From the NCBI GenBank assembly GCA_021806285.1, contig JAJZYA010000001.1:1-35768 (forward strand): a stretch of 35,768 nucleotides of DNA. The letters are read 5' to 3'. A model generated the notes under the pieces. The model saw only the letters and a program-made list of their open reading frames with translations, ran no database searches and was not told where the DNA came from. Positions 1-10,785 of the stretch are shown here, in pieces. Source of the DNA: a bacterium (lineage in GTDB: Bacteria > Patescibacteriota > Saccharimonadia > Saccharimonadales > UBA4665). Numbering within the stretch: position 1 is the first letter of the stretch; every line of letters begins with the position of its first letter. Both the position numbers and the translations under genes were made by a program.

Positions 1-32
1 AAATAGATAATTCTTGAGGCTATAATATTCAT
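1..32 (-). CDS. Possible 5' end of a gene running off the window (MNIIASRIIY...)
   Basis: ATG at 32-30 overlaps the TAA of the preceding ORF (TAATG), the coupling used throughout the window; frame stays open to the edge. Too short to identify. Confidence 0.4.
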   Translation of the reverse strand, partial: MNIIASRIIY

Positions 33-1444
33 TATACTTTAAAGAAAATAAGGAGAACTACTACAACTAGAATTAAGATTAAAAGAATTAATAGTAAGTC
101 TATAATATTAACTGCTTTTTTAGTCGAGTCCGGTTTAAGTAGTTCAAAATTATGGGATTCCTTCTGGGGCTGAGATAAAAGATTACTAGCTTCTTCGCCT
201 AGATCTAAACCTCGATTTTTTAATAATTGTTCGATCTTGTTTTCTTTAGCTGGTGGATTTTCGTCATCTAAAGCTCCTTGGTCTCGAATGGCAGGGTCTC
301 TTTCAAAATCTATTTCCCTTTCAAGTAATTCTCTCTTTAAAGCTTTTTTAACATTACCGCCCCGTAAATATACTTCAATCATTCTTCTTAATCCTTTTTC
401 GGTAAGTTGGCCGCTCTCATGAATTTTCCTTAAATTTGTACCCATTACTTCTACCTTAGAAGCAATTAAAAGAAGTTCTCTTCTTTTTAGATTAATACCA
501 GACTTAGGTTTTTCGACTATTTTTTCATCTTTAATCGAAGCTTTTTCCAATGTTTTCCCGATTTCTATAATTTCTTGCTTCGAGATTCTTTCTTTCTTAA
601 CATTTTTGGGGGGAGATGAGATTTTTTCAATATGACTGGTTCGATCTGGGATATTTTCAATTTTAGCAGCTCTTTCTCTTAGAAAGTTTTCTTGCTTAGT
701 GATTCTTTGGCTGAGTCGTTGAACTTCCTTATTTAATTTAGTCTTAAGAGCCTTTTCGGATTTATTTTGTTGATCTATACGAGCCTTTCGTCGATATAAT
801 AAAGCGTCTAGTAGAGCGGCACCACTTACGACTTTAGGTACATTTACAACTCTTCGGGGAGGAGGAGTTTCTTTTTTAATCGAAGTATCGACGCTAGATT
901 GGTTAATATTTTCGTTTTTTGGATTTATGTATATAATTTCTTCTTTATGATTTATGCCAGGATCCTCTTGAATATTTGTTTCAAAAGTATCTATAGTTAT
1001 TTCGCTATCATCAGCTTCTTCAAGTAGTTCAATTGGGTCGCTTGGTTGATCAACCGTCAGCTCTCTAGCAGCTTGAATAAATGCAAAATCTGGGTCTCCA
1101 GTTTCATAAACATTTTCTAAATAAGTCTTAGATGCAATAGTTTCATGATCTAAATGATCTTCTTCGTCGACCTCTTCTAAACGCTCTCGGGCAATATCTC
1201 GAGATATTTCTTGTATTTCTACTACTGATAATTCTTCAACCGGCGCTTCAGAATCTAGCTCCGGATTTTTATCTATATCCTTTAAAGCCTCTAATAGCGA
1301 GGGTTTTTCTAAGGGTTTAGTTTCCTCTTTTTTGGCCTTAAAAATAGATTCAATAATACTCTTTGGGGGAGTTAGATCATCATCATCTTCTTCTGAATCT
1401 TCATCTTTCTCGTAATTGGTTGGATCAATCGGAGAATTTTCCAT
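32..1444 (-). CDS. Hypothetical protein: acidic, likely disordered N-terminus, coiled coil, C-terminal transmembrane anchor
   Basis: 470-aa ORF with D/E-rich N-terminal half and terminal hydrophobic stretch IIDLLLILLILILVVVVLLIFF; starts 9 nt after the rplY stop. Confidence 0.8.
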   Translation of the reverse strand: MENSPIDPTNYEKDEDSEEDDDDLTPPKSIIESIFKAKKEETKPLEKPSLLEALKDIDKNPELDSEAPVEELSVVEIQEISRDIARERLEEVDEEDHLDHETIASKTYLENVYETGDPDFAFIQAARELTVDQPSDPIELLEEADDSEITIDTFETNIQEDPGINHKEEIIYINPKNENINQSSVDTSIKKETPPPRRVVNVPKVVSGAALLDALLYRRKARIDQQNKSEKALKTKLNKEVQRLSQRITKQENFLRERAAKIENIPDRTSHIEKISSPPKNVKKERISKQEIIEIGKTLEKASIKDEKIVEKPKSGINLKRRELLLIASKVEVMGTNLRKIHESGQLTEKGLRRMIEVYLRGGNVKKALKRELLEREIDFERDPAIRDQGALDDENPPAKENKIEQLLKNRGLDLGEEASNLLSQPQKESHNFELLKPDSTKKAVNIIDLLLILLILILVVVVLLIFFKV

Positions 1445-1453
1445 TATTAATCA

Positions 1454-2134
1454 TTATTCTTCTTGAGATGTTTTCGCTGATTCAGCTTCAGCCTTTTCGT
1501 CAGACTCAACTTCAACTTCTTCTTCGGCTTCTCCTCCTACGGCATCATTGGCAGCCGCTACGGCGCTAGGTTCAAAGACGCTTGCCAATTGAGAATCTGG
1601 AGATGTTTTTAATTCAACACCTTCCGGTAAAATTAGATCGGAAGCTTTAATGTGATCACCGATTTCTACTAATTTTTCAGCATCATAATAGAGAACGTCA
1701 GGGATATTACTTGGAGTAGTTTCAATTGTAACACTTTCAAGATTATTAAGAACCATAAGACCAGCTCGTTCAGCTGGAGAGGCAGTATTTTCATCGTTAT
1801 ATTTAGGATGAACAGGAACTTCGGCTTCAACCTTTTGGTTAATATTGACAGCATTAAATACTAAATGATTGATATCTTGATTCTTATTCTCAAATTCAAC
1901 GGATTTAATTAGAGTTGTATAATTCTTATCTCCAACCTTAACTTCAACAGGATGATGTTTACCGGCGGCATTATATATTTTAATTAAAGCCGTTTTATCT
2001 CCTTGGACAATAATAGATTCTTTTCCATGGTTATGAATAACGGCTGGAATTTTACCACTTGATCTAAGTTGCTTAACCCGTTTACCAAGAACTTCTCGTT
2101 TTTCGAGTTCAATACTAAGCTGATCGTTTGACAT
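1454..2134 (-). CDS. rplY: 50S ribosomal protein L25 / general stress protein Ctc
   Basis: Motifs REVLGKRVKQLRSSGKIPAVI, HLVFNAV and IGDHIKASDLILPEGV; acidic tail; AAGGAG Shine-Dalgarno upstream. Confidence 0.95.
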   Translation of the reverse strand: MSNDQLSIELEKREVLGKRVKQLRSSGKIPAVIHNHGKESIIVQGDKTALIKIYNAAGKHHPVEVKVGDKNYTTLIKSVEFENKNQDINHLVFNAVNINQKVEAEVPVHPKYNDENTASPAERAGLMVLNNLESVTIETTPSNIPDVLYYDAEKLVEIGDHIKASDLILPEGVELKTSPDSQLASVFEPSAVAAANDAVGGEAEEEVEVESDEKAEAESAKTSQEE

Positions 2135-2173
2135 TTTTTCTCCTTGATTATTTCAGATAGATTATTTGTTTAT

Positions 2174-2182
2174 ATTATATCA
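2174..2182 (-). promoter_or_regulatory. Extended -10 promoter (TGaTATAAT) for rplY
   Basis: Minus strand reads TGATATAAT about 40 nt upstream of the rplY ATG. Confidence 0.55.
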
Positions 2183-2331
2183 GATATCCAACGGATTGAT
2201 AGATTCTTTTTTTAATTAGATTTTTTAATTGATCTAATAGTAAGCCTTATCTCAGGAGCTAATCTTATATAACTAATCTGATCTGATATTTAAATGTGTA
2301 TTTTAGAATATTTAAGTTATACTTTTAGTTA

Positions 2332-2952
2332 ATGTTTGATGTAACACATATTATCCAATCTGGTGGAATTTGGTTAATCGGTCTATTTATATTTTCAGAG
2401 GTTGGTCTTTTCTTAGGCTTTTTTCTTCCCGGTGATACTCTCTTAATTGCAGGAGGTATTTATGCTATGGAAGGTAAGTTAAATATATTTTCTGTCATTA
2501 TTGTGGCTATTATTGCGGCTATTCTGGGAGACAGTACTTCCTATTTAATTGGTAGGAAGATAGGCCGAAGACTATTTACTAAGAAAGACAGCGTCCTTTT
2601 TGACGCTAAACACGTTAAAAGAGCCGAGGATTTTTATCAAAAATATGGCTCCAAAGCAGTTTTGATAGCACACTTTATACCTGTTATTAGAACTTTTAAT
2701 CCGCTAGTTGGAGGAGTCGGTGAAATGCCTTACCCAAAGTTTTTAATTTTTGACGCTATTGGCGATACGGCTTGGGCTATTATTGTTACTCTGATTGGTT
2801 ACTACATCGGAAGTCGTATTCCAAACGTTGATCACTATATTTTGGCAGTAGTTGGTTTAGTAGTGGTTGTTTCCTTAGCTCCAACTATTTATCATTTCGT
2901 GATAAAAAGATATTTAAAATCTCGAAAAGCTAAAAAAGAACTAAAGCTTTAG
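2332..2952 (+). CDS. dedA: DedA/VTT-family membrane protein
   Basis: Motifs FSEVGLFLGFFLPGDTLL, AAILGDSTSYLIGR and FIPVIRTFNPLVGG; TATACT 8 nt before the ATG. Confidence 0.93.
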   Translation: MFDVTHIIQSGGIWLIGLFIFSEVGLFLGFFLPGDTLLIAGGIYAMEGKLNIFSVIIVAIIAAILGDSTSYLIGRKIGRRLFTKKDSVLFDAKHVKRAEDFYQKYGSKAVLIAHFIPVIRTFNPLVGGVGEMPYPKFLIFDAIGDTAWAIIVTLIGYYIGSRIPNVDHYILAVVGLVVVVSLAPTIYHFVIKRYLKSRKAKKELKL

Positions 2953-5742
2953 GTATTGGGCTGTATAGCCTTTTTGCTTAATAATCTCTTCGGGTGTACC
3001 TTTGGCAATTATTTGACCACCTTGATCTCCCCCTTCGGGTCCCATATCGATGATGTAATCGGCGTTTTTAATTACGTCTAGGTTGTGCTCGATTACGATC
3101 ATACTGTTTCCCGCATCAACTAAGGCGTGCATCACGCTTAGTAATCGTTTAACATCATCAAAATGTAGCCCCGTAGTGGGTTCATCTAAAATATAGAGAG
3201 TCTTACCTGTGGGTCTTCGAGATAACTCTGAAGCCAGTTTAATTCTTTGAGCTTCTCCTCCACTTAAAGTAGTAGCCGGTTGACCTAAACGAATATATCC
3301 CAAACCTACGTCTACTAGAGTCGTAAGCTTTCTGGAAATGGCTGGGATATTAGAGAAAAAATCTAGAGCTTGTTCACAGGTCATATTTAGTACTTCACTA
3401 ATATCCTTTCCCTTGTAGTGCACTTCTAGAGCTTCTTTGTTATATCTTTTACCATGACAAACTTCACAAGTAACATAAACGTCTGGAAGAAAGTGCATTT
3501 CAATTTTAATAATCCCATCACCTCGACAGTTTTCACATCGTCCGCCTTGAACATTGAAACTAAATCTTCCTGGCTTATATCCTCTTAGTTTTGCTTCAGG
3601 AACAGAAGCATATAACTCTCTGATCGGAGTGAAAAGTCCAGTATAGGTAGCTGGATTTGACCTTGGAGTACGACCGATTGCTTCTTGATCAATAATAATA
3701 GCTTTGTCTAAATTTTTAATTCCTTCAATGTCTTGGTGTTTACCTGGGACGGTTGATGCGTGATGTAATCTAGCGAGAAGTTCTTTAGCTAATATATCGT
3801 TAATTAGGCTCGACTTACCGGATCCAGACACCCCACTAACAACCACCAGTTTTCCTAGAGGAATATGGACATCTATATTTTTTAAATTATTTTCACTTGC
3901 TCCCTTAATAACAAGTTCTTTTTGATTCCCAGATCTTCTTCTTTTAGGAGTCTCAATTTTTTTAGAACCCTTTAAATATTGGGCGGTTAAGCTGTTTTTG
4001 TTATTTAAAACGTCGGATAGTGGGCCAGCTGCTACAACGTGACCTCCGTGGATACCTGCTCCAGGACCAATGTCAACCAAAAAGTCTGAAGCTCTAATAG
4101 TTTCTTCATCGTGCTCAACAACTATGACACTATTCCCAATATCCCTTAAGTTTTTTAAAGTCTTAATAAGTTTGGCATTATCTCTCTGATGTAATCCAAT
4201 TGAAGGTTCATCTAATACATATAAAACTCCCATGAGACCCGATCCAATCTGAGTAGCTAATCTAATCCTTTGGGCTTCTCCCCCACTTAAAGTATTGGCG
4301 CTCCTTAAAAGATTTAGATAATTTAAACCAACATCGTTCATAAATTTTAAACGAAAACTTATTTCTTTAAGAATGAGGTTAGCAATCTGTTGTTCTTTTT
4401 GGTCTAAGTTAAGATTATTAACCCAACTGATGGCATCGTTAATATTTAAACTACAAACATCCATAACAGAATAGTCTTTTATTTTAATGGCCAAAACTTC
4501 CGGTTTAAGTCTTAGACCCTGACAGGCGTGACAGGGTTTTTCTTGCATATACTTTTCTATATCTCTCCTAATAAAGTCACTTTCGGTTTCTTTATGCCTT
4601 CTTTCTAGATCAGGAATTACTCCGGCATAAGTAGTTTCAAAACTACGCCCATTACCAATACTAATTCGATACTTCTCGTTTCCAGTACCATATAGAATTT
4701 TATCGATAATATCTTTTTTTAGCTCACCAGTAGGAACATGTAAACTAAATTTATACCTATCAGCTAAGGCTTGGAGTTTTTTAGTATGCCAGTTATCGAC
4801 ATTAATCCGATTATATGGTCTAATAGCACCTTCTGCTATAGTTAAGCGGCCATTCGGTATAACAAGTTCTGGATTTACTTCTAGTCTCGATCCTATCCCA
4901 GTACAAACTGGGCAAGCTCCCTGGGGAGAGTTAAAGCTAAATGATCTAGGCTCCAATTCAGGAATAGCTATATCTGGATGATTAGGGCAAGCGTAAAGTA
5001 AGCTAAAGGTTTCCATCTTATCCTTATCATGCTCTAAGATTGCCACTTTGTTTTCGGCTATTTCGAGAGCTTGTTCGATGGCTTGAACAAGTCTATTGCG
5101 ATTTTCTGAGTTATTAACAATCCGATCTACAACAATTTCTATATTATGCCTATAATTCTTATCTAAATCAGGAAATTCTTCCAAAGTATAGATAATACCA
5201 TCTACTCTTGCTCTGGCGTAACCAGACCTGAGATATTTTTCGCTAATATGTTCAAAAGCTCCTTTTTTGGCCGAAACAATAGGAGCTAGAATCACTAATC
5301 TTTTATCTTTATATTCATTTTCAATCTGTTCAATAATGCTTTGCGATGTTCTCCTTTCAACAGCTATACCATCAATTGGACAATGTGGAATACCAATTCT
5401 AGCAAAAAGAAGTCTTAGATAGTCGTATATCTCTGTAACAGTGGCAACAGTTGAACGAGGATTTCGGCTAGTAGATTTCTGATCAATACTAATGGCTGGA
5501 CTAAGACCATCTATTTGGTCAACATCAGGCTTTTCCATAATGCCCAGAAATTGTCGAGCATAGGAACTAAGGCTTTCAACGTACCTCCTTTGTCCCTCGG
5601 CATAAATAGTATCAAAAGCTAAAGAAGATTTTCCAGAACCGCTTAAACCAGTCATAACAACTAATTTATTTCTTGGAATTTCTAGGTCTATATTCTTTAA
5701 ATTATGTTCTCTTGCACCTTTGATAACTATTTTTTCTGCCAT
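2941..5742 (-). CDS. uvrA: Excinuclease ABC subunit A
   Basis: GAREHNLKN, two Walker A motifs (GLSGSGKSS, GVSGSGKSS), two LSGGEAQRI signatures and zinc-finger CxxC motifs. Confidence 0.99.
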   Translation of the reverse strand: MAEKIVIKGAREHNLKNIDLEIPRNKLVVMTGLSGSGKSSLAFDTIYAEGQRRYVESLSSYARQFLGIMEKPDVDQIDGLSPAISIDQKSTSRNPRSTVATVTEIYDYLRLLFARIGIPHCPIDGIAVERRTSQSIIEQIENEYKDKRLVILAPIVSAKKGAFEHISEKYLRSGYARARVDGIIYTLEEFPDLDKNYRHNIEIVVDRIVNNSENRNRLVQAIEQALEIAENKVAILEHDKDKMETFSLLYACPNHPDIAIPELEPRSFSFNSPQGACPVCTGIGSRLEVNPELVIPNGRLTIAEGAIRPYNRINVDNWHTKKLQALADRYKFSLHVPTGELKKDIIDKILYGTGNEKYRISIGNGRSFETTYAGVIPDLERRHKETESDFIRRDIEKYMQEKPCHACQGLRLKPEVLAIKIKDYSVMDVCSLNINDAISWVNNLNLDQKEQQIANLILKEISFRLKFMNDVGLNYLNLLRSANTLSGGEAQRIRLATQIGSGLMGVLYVLDEPSIGLHQRDNAKLIKTLKNLRDIGNSVIVVEHDEETIRASDFLVDIGPGAGIHGGHVVAAGPLSDVLNNKNSLTAQYLKGSKKIETPKRRRSGNQKELVIKGASENNLKNIDVHIPLGKLVVVSGVSGSGKSSLINDILAKELLARLHHASTVPGKHQDIEGIKNLDKAIIIDQEAIGRTPRSNPATYTGLFTPIRELYASVPEAKLRGYKPGRFSFNVQGGRCENCRGDGIIKIEMHFLPDVYVTCEVCHGKRYNKEALEVHYKGKDISEVLNMTCEQALDFFSNIPAISRKLTTLVDVGLGYIRLGQPATTLSGGEAQRIKLASELSRRPTGKTLYILDEPTTGLHFDDVKRLLSVMHALVDAGNSMIVIEHNLDVIKNADYIIDMGPEGGDQGGQIIAKGTPEEIIKQKGYTAQYLKL

Positions 5743-5849
5743 TTATTGCCTCGAATTTGACATATTATTATACCTCAGTTTTTAGATAAAAGATAGAACC
5801 TAAAGTAAAAAGAAGAATACTTGACTTAACTAAATCTTGATAAATATTA

Positions 5850-5878
5850 TTGACTTTGTTGCCAGTTCGTTGTATATT
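5850..5878 (+). promoter_or_regulatory. Sigma70-type promoter TTGACT-17nt-TATATT
   Basis: TTGACT at 5850-5855, 17-nt spacer, TATATT at 5873-5878, upstream of SD AAGGGAG and ATG 5907. Confidence 0.6.
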
Positions 5879-5906
5879 AGCAGTCCAGTATTTTAAGGGA
5901 GAAAAG

Positions 5907-6110
5907 ATGCAAACTTTTTTGGTGCTTGGGTTAATTCCAGGAACAAATATTCAAATTAATTTTTTTGTATGGCTAATTATTAGCATAATTATCCTTAGCT
6001 ATTTAGCTAACGGTTACTTCCATTATTTAAAGTTTGTTAAAAGATATGTAAGAGAAATTGAAAGACCTGGCCCCAGACCAGCTAGTTCATTTCATACTCG
6101 TTTAAAATAA
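5907..6110 (+). CDS. Small (67 aa) hypothetical membrane protein
   Basis: Start reassigned to ATG 5907 (SD AAGGGAG and promoter upstream); hydrophobic segment FFVWLIISIIILSYLA followed by a basic tail. Confidence 0.65.
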   Translation: MQTFLVLGLIPGTNIQINFFVWLIISIIILSYLANGYFHYLKFVKRYVREIERPGPRPASSFHTRLK

Positions 6111-7491
6111 TACTTGCATATTTTTTTAGATCTTTAATTAACTGAGAGGAGCGATGATCTTTTTCATATTCCTTAATTTCTGATAGAAATTTATCATATC
6201 TACTAATACCATCAGGTTTCATAAATAACTTTTTCTCAAGATACTTTTTCCAGATTATTTTTTGGTCTGGAGTTAAATGATTCTTAAAGTTATATGCTAA
6301 AAATAATGGATATAGCTCATTTAGATTATGATTACTAAAAGTTTGCTGAACTAGAGGGCTACGCGTTAAGAGAACTTTTTTATACTGATCACTTGGACTA
6401 TCAAAACCATCATAAAGATTTTCATTACTTAAATTGGTTTTAGTCTTTTTGTTCTGTTCTGAATCTAAGATCTCTTTGGCGCCAACAATTTTAGGTAAAA
6501 GATCGTCCTTTGTAGCTAATAATTTGGAGTAATTTTTAAGATGTTCACTTTTATCTATTGATAGTCTTTTTTCAGATTCATCATTTAGAGTAGATATTGG
6601 AGCTAGAGCTGGAGATCTATTTAATTTGATTGTTTTAAAGGGGGTGAGATATCTTTTTTGGTCTGGATCATAATGCCACATATCAGCCAATTGTTCAGAG
6701 CTAAGTTTTAGAAAATCTTCAGGGTCATACCTAAGGTCATACACTAGGGCGCTTGAAGCGTCGCTATGACTAATATTCATGAGCGCAACAAGAGCGGTAT
6801 TTAAATATTTGGTTTGGTAATGGCTGGAAGTATATAAGAAAGTTTTATTATTTTTTAGAAAATCTAAAACGTTCTTTTTTAAGCGTAATTCTTTTAAATA
6901 ATTAAAAAGTTTTGGTTGTTTTTGTTGGATTAGCTTGGCAACCTCGATAGTTGCCAATACATCACTAAGAGCATCATGAGCACTATAGTGTTTTAAATTA
7001 TTAGCTTTGGTCAAAGCTTCAAGCTTATTAATAGGATTATCTAGTTCACCTAGAGGCCAATTAATTCCTTGAGGCCTTAAGGCTCTTGTCATACGCACCA
7101 AATCTAATATATCCCACCTCGAATTGTTTTGATCCCAGTGCCATTTATAGGGATCATAATAATTACGATAATTCAGATATCGCATAAACTCATCGTCAAA
7201 TCTAATATTATTGAAGCCGACAAATATAGTATTAGGAGTGTTGATCTCTTGATTAAATATTTTAAGAAATTCAAATTCTGTTAACCCTTCTTGAAGAGGA
7301 GAGATACCTGTTAGAAGTATCGCTTTAACACTAGGTAAAGTGTCGCTAGAAAGTTTTAGGCTTATGTTATAGGGCTGATTAATTAGGTTTAAATTGGAGT
7401 CAGTTCTTTGACCAGCAAACTGCATAATACGATCTGATTTTGGAGAAAGACCACTAGTTTCTAAGTCATAAAAAAAATAAGTAAAAGACAT
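6082..7491 (-). CDS. sbcB: Exodeoxyribonuclease I (DEDDh 3'-5' ssDNA exonuclease)
   Basis: YDLETSG, QFAGQRTD, GFNNIRFDDE, RALRPQGINWP and AHDALSDV. Confidence 0.93.
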   Translation of the reverse strand: MSFTYFFYDLETSGLSPKSDRIMQFAGQRTDSNLNLINQPYNISLKLSSDTLPSVKAILLTGISPLQEGLTEFEFLKIFNQEINTPNTIFVGFNNIRFDDEFMRYLNYRNYYDPYKWHWDQNNSRWDILDLVRMTRALRPQGINWPLGELDNPINKLEALTKANNLKHYSAHDALSDVLATIEVAKLIQQKQPKLFNYLKELRLKKNVLDFLKNNKTFLYTSSHYQTKYLNTALVALMNISHSDASSALVYDLRYDPEDFLKLSSEQLADMWHYDPDQKRYLTPFKTIKLNRSPALAPISTLNDESEKRLSIDKSEHLKNYSKLLATKDDLLPKIVGAKEILDSEQNKKTKTNLSNENLYDGFDSPSDQYKKVLLTRSPLVQQTFSNHNLNELYPLFLAYNFKNHLTPDQKIIWKKYLEKKLFMKPDGISRYDKFLSEIKEYEKDHRSSQLIKDLKKYASIILNEYEMN

Positions 7492-7492
7492 T

Positions 7493-8770
<1,278 letters not shown>

Positions 8771-8805
8771 CTAAGGGTATCTGATTTAGGTTATAAATTC
8801 TAGGG

Positions 8806-9951
8806 CTATTTTGTTATATAGTTAGGAAAGGAACTTGCTGGAACCCATCCACTATACCCAACTCTACCCCATCCAGCTAGACCATTCATATCAGAGAATT
8901 TTATCATAGTACCATTGCTCGAAACGGCGTCAACAAGTGCAACATGGCCCTCTCCACCAAAAGCATAGGGAGTTTGAGCAATTGCTCCAACGGTCGGTAC
9001 ATGACTCACGTTCCAACCACTTAAAGCAGCATAATAGGCCCATGTAATAGCATTCCCCCAATTCGTTGGGACAGCAATTTTACTAGCTACATACCAAGTA
9101 CAATAGCCGTAGTCATAACCATTATAACCATAGCTTGGACCGCTCCAAGCATAATTAGCGCTATAGCTTGGCTGTTGATTTATTGTACCGTTCGGAATAA
9201 TTATTTTTTCACCAGGCCAAATACCTTTTATTTCAGCGTCGTTATAGGCAATGATTTGAGCAGCACTAGCGTTATATTTCTGAGCTAGAGAAGCGACTGT
9301 GTCACCTGCTTTAACGATATATACGATTCCGTTAACAGGAGGTATCAGAAGACTCTGTCCGGGTATTAAAGAATTACCTCGGAGATTATTAGACCATTCA
9401 ATACTATTTGAGGTTACACCAAATTTCTGGGCTAGAGAAGCGACTGTATCGTTAGCCTGGACTTTATATGAAATAATGTCTGCCCGAGATTTTAAAGCTG
9501 TGGTTGTGATCTGAGGTTTAGATATTACATTATTAGTTGTAGCAGCCATAGCAATTTCAGCATTTTGAGTATCAGCCTGGTTAGATATCGAAGTAGTCTC
9601 TGGTAAATTTGTTACTCGAGCAACTGTTAGTGCAATATTAGCAGAAGCAACTTGATCTAAGGGGCTCGACACTAAACCAGTGTTTTGACCACTAAAATTC
9701 GAATTAATATTATTGGCATTAGTTACATTAGTAATTAAAAATATCGCTAGAATAACTAAGATGGTGATATTAATGGAATAAAATATAACCCTAGTTTTAA
9801 GTTGAGATTTTTTAATTCTTTCTTTTTTAGGGATATCTCTAGAAAGGGTTGACGCATTTTTTTGAATATCATAAATAACACCAGAAGAACTAAGTCTTCC
9901 CTCACCATTTTTAAATTTAATATTGGGCTTATCCATGCCTCGATTCAACAA
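8806..9951 (-). CDS. Membrane-anchored LysM-LysM-CHAP peptidoglycan hydrolase
   Basis: N-terminal TM helix, two LysM repeats (YKVQANDTVASLAQKFGV, YIVKAGDTVASLAQKYNA), CHAP motifs GYCTWYV, WGNA and GHVALV. Start may be ATG 9936. Confidence 0.9.
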   Translation of the reverse strand: MLNRGMDKPNIKFKNGEGRLSSSGVIYDIQKNASTLSRDIPKKERIKKSQLKTRVIFYSINITILVILAIFLITNVTNANNINSNFSGQNTGLVSSPLDQVASANIALTVARVTNLPETTSISNQADTQNAEIAMAATTNNVISKPQITTTALKSRADIISYKVQANDTVASLAQKFGVTSNSIEWSNNLRGNSLIPGQSLLIPPVNGIVYIVKAGDTVASLAQKYNASAAQIIAYNDAEIKGIWPGEKIIIPNGTINQQPSYSANYAWSGPSYGYNGYDYGYCTWYVASKIAVPTNWGNAITWAYYAALSGWNVSHVPTVGAIAQTPYAFGGEGHVALVDAVSSNGTMIKFSDMNGLAGWGRVGYSGWVPASSFPNYITK

Positions 9952-10008
9952 AATTAATTATAGTTTTTTTAAAAAGGTAATATTTAAGCACCTAACTATA
10001 ACTTCACT

Positions 10009-10017
10009 ATTATACCA
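10009..10017 (-). promoter_or_regulatory. Extended -10 promoter (TGgTATAAT) for the LysM-CHAP gene
   Basis: Minus strand reads TGGTATAAT in the intergenic gap. Confidence 0.55.
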
Positions 10018-10043
10018 AAAATAATTGATACATTTAAAGACTA

Positions 10044-10751
10044 TTAATGACTTGTTATGTGTTTAATTATCGACAATAGGATACTTAAGTCTTTTTTGTC
10101 AAATCCTGGTATATCGTTAAATTTACCTTCATCAAAGGCTGCAAGTATCTTAGACTTGGAAAAAGCAAGATTTGGATAGGCTACGTGCTTAGTATCTAAC
10201 TTTCGGATTTGATTTAAAGCTCTTCTCGACGTTTTAATATTTAATCCTAGCTCATTTTCTAAATAATCTTTAATATCATGCATAGGTAACATGTCTTCAA
10301 TTTCACTACCTCGAGAAGATTGTGGCTCAAAAGTATCTGAAGATAACACAAATTTTACAATAGCGTCTTGACCTTCTTTCTGAGCAGCTCTTATAAAAAG
10401 ACCAGTATTTTTTAAGGGTGAACTAGTAATTTCATCAATTTTATCTGATTGTTCTAAGACTTTATGATGTGATTGAGAAACTGCTTCTTTTATTGTAGCT
10501 ACTTGATCCCCATTGGTACCAAAAATGGTTACAGGAATATCTGGATTAGGGTTAGTTAAATAAGCAACCATGGTAACAGCGTTATTAAGGTTAGTACCTA
10601 AAACGAGCGTATCGGGATTAGGTGGCAACTGAACACCTAAACCGAGCACAAATAAATTGGATCCATTGGCTAGTCTACCTAAGGCCCCAACTAGTTCAAT
10701 AGGAACATTCCTTATTTCAGGTCTAAGAACTTCACCTCTTGATTCTTGCAT
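10044..10751 (-). CDS. Hypothetical protein, possible C-terminal RNAP alpha-CTD-like (HhH) domain
   Basis: 235-aa ORF with TATAAT 8 nt upstream; C-terminal LGLNIKTSRRALNQI...FNDIPGFDKKDLSIL loosely resembles alpha-CTD (by eye only). Confidence 0.7.
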   Translation of the reverse strand: MQESRGEVLRPEIRNVPIELVGALGRLANGSNLFVLGLGVQLPPNPDTLVLGTNLNNAVTMVAYLTNPNPDIPVTIFGTNGDQVATIKEAVSQSHHKVLEQSDKIDEITSSPLKNTGLFIRAAQKEGQDAIVKFVLSSDTFEPQSSRGSEIEDMLPMHDIKDYLENELGLNIKTSRRALNQIRKLDTKHVAYPNLAFSKSKILAAFDEGKFNDIPGFDKKDLSILLSIIKHITSH

Positions 10752-10785
10752 AATCTAATATTATATAACAATTTGATCACTAATA

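Noticed and set aside
2150..2292. Imperfect inverted repeats (ATATCAGAT/ATCTGATAT) between rplY and dedA
   Set aside because: Short and AT-rich, partly explained by promoter elements; not enough to call a MITE or structured RNA.
5743..5849. LexA/SOS box upstream of uvrA
   Set aside because: No GAAC-N4-GTTC or CTGT-N8-ACAG match was found.
5907..6110. Small hydrophobic ORF as the missing ATPase c subunit
   Set aside because: It has only one clear TM helix, no glycine-repeat helix and no conserved membrane carboxylate.
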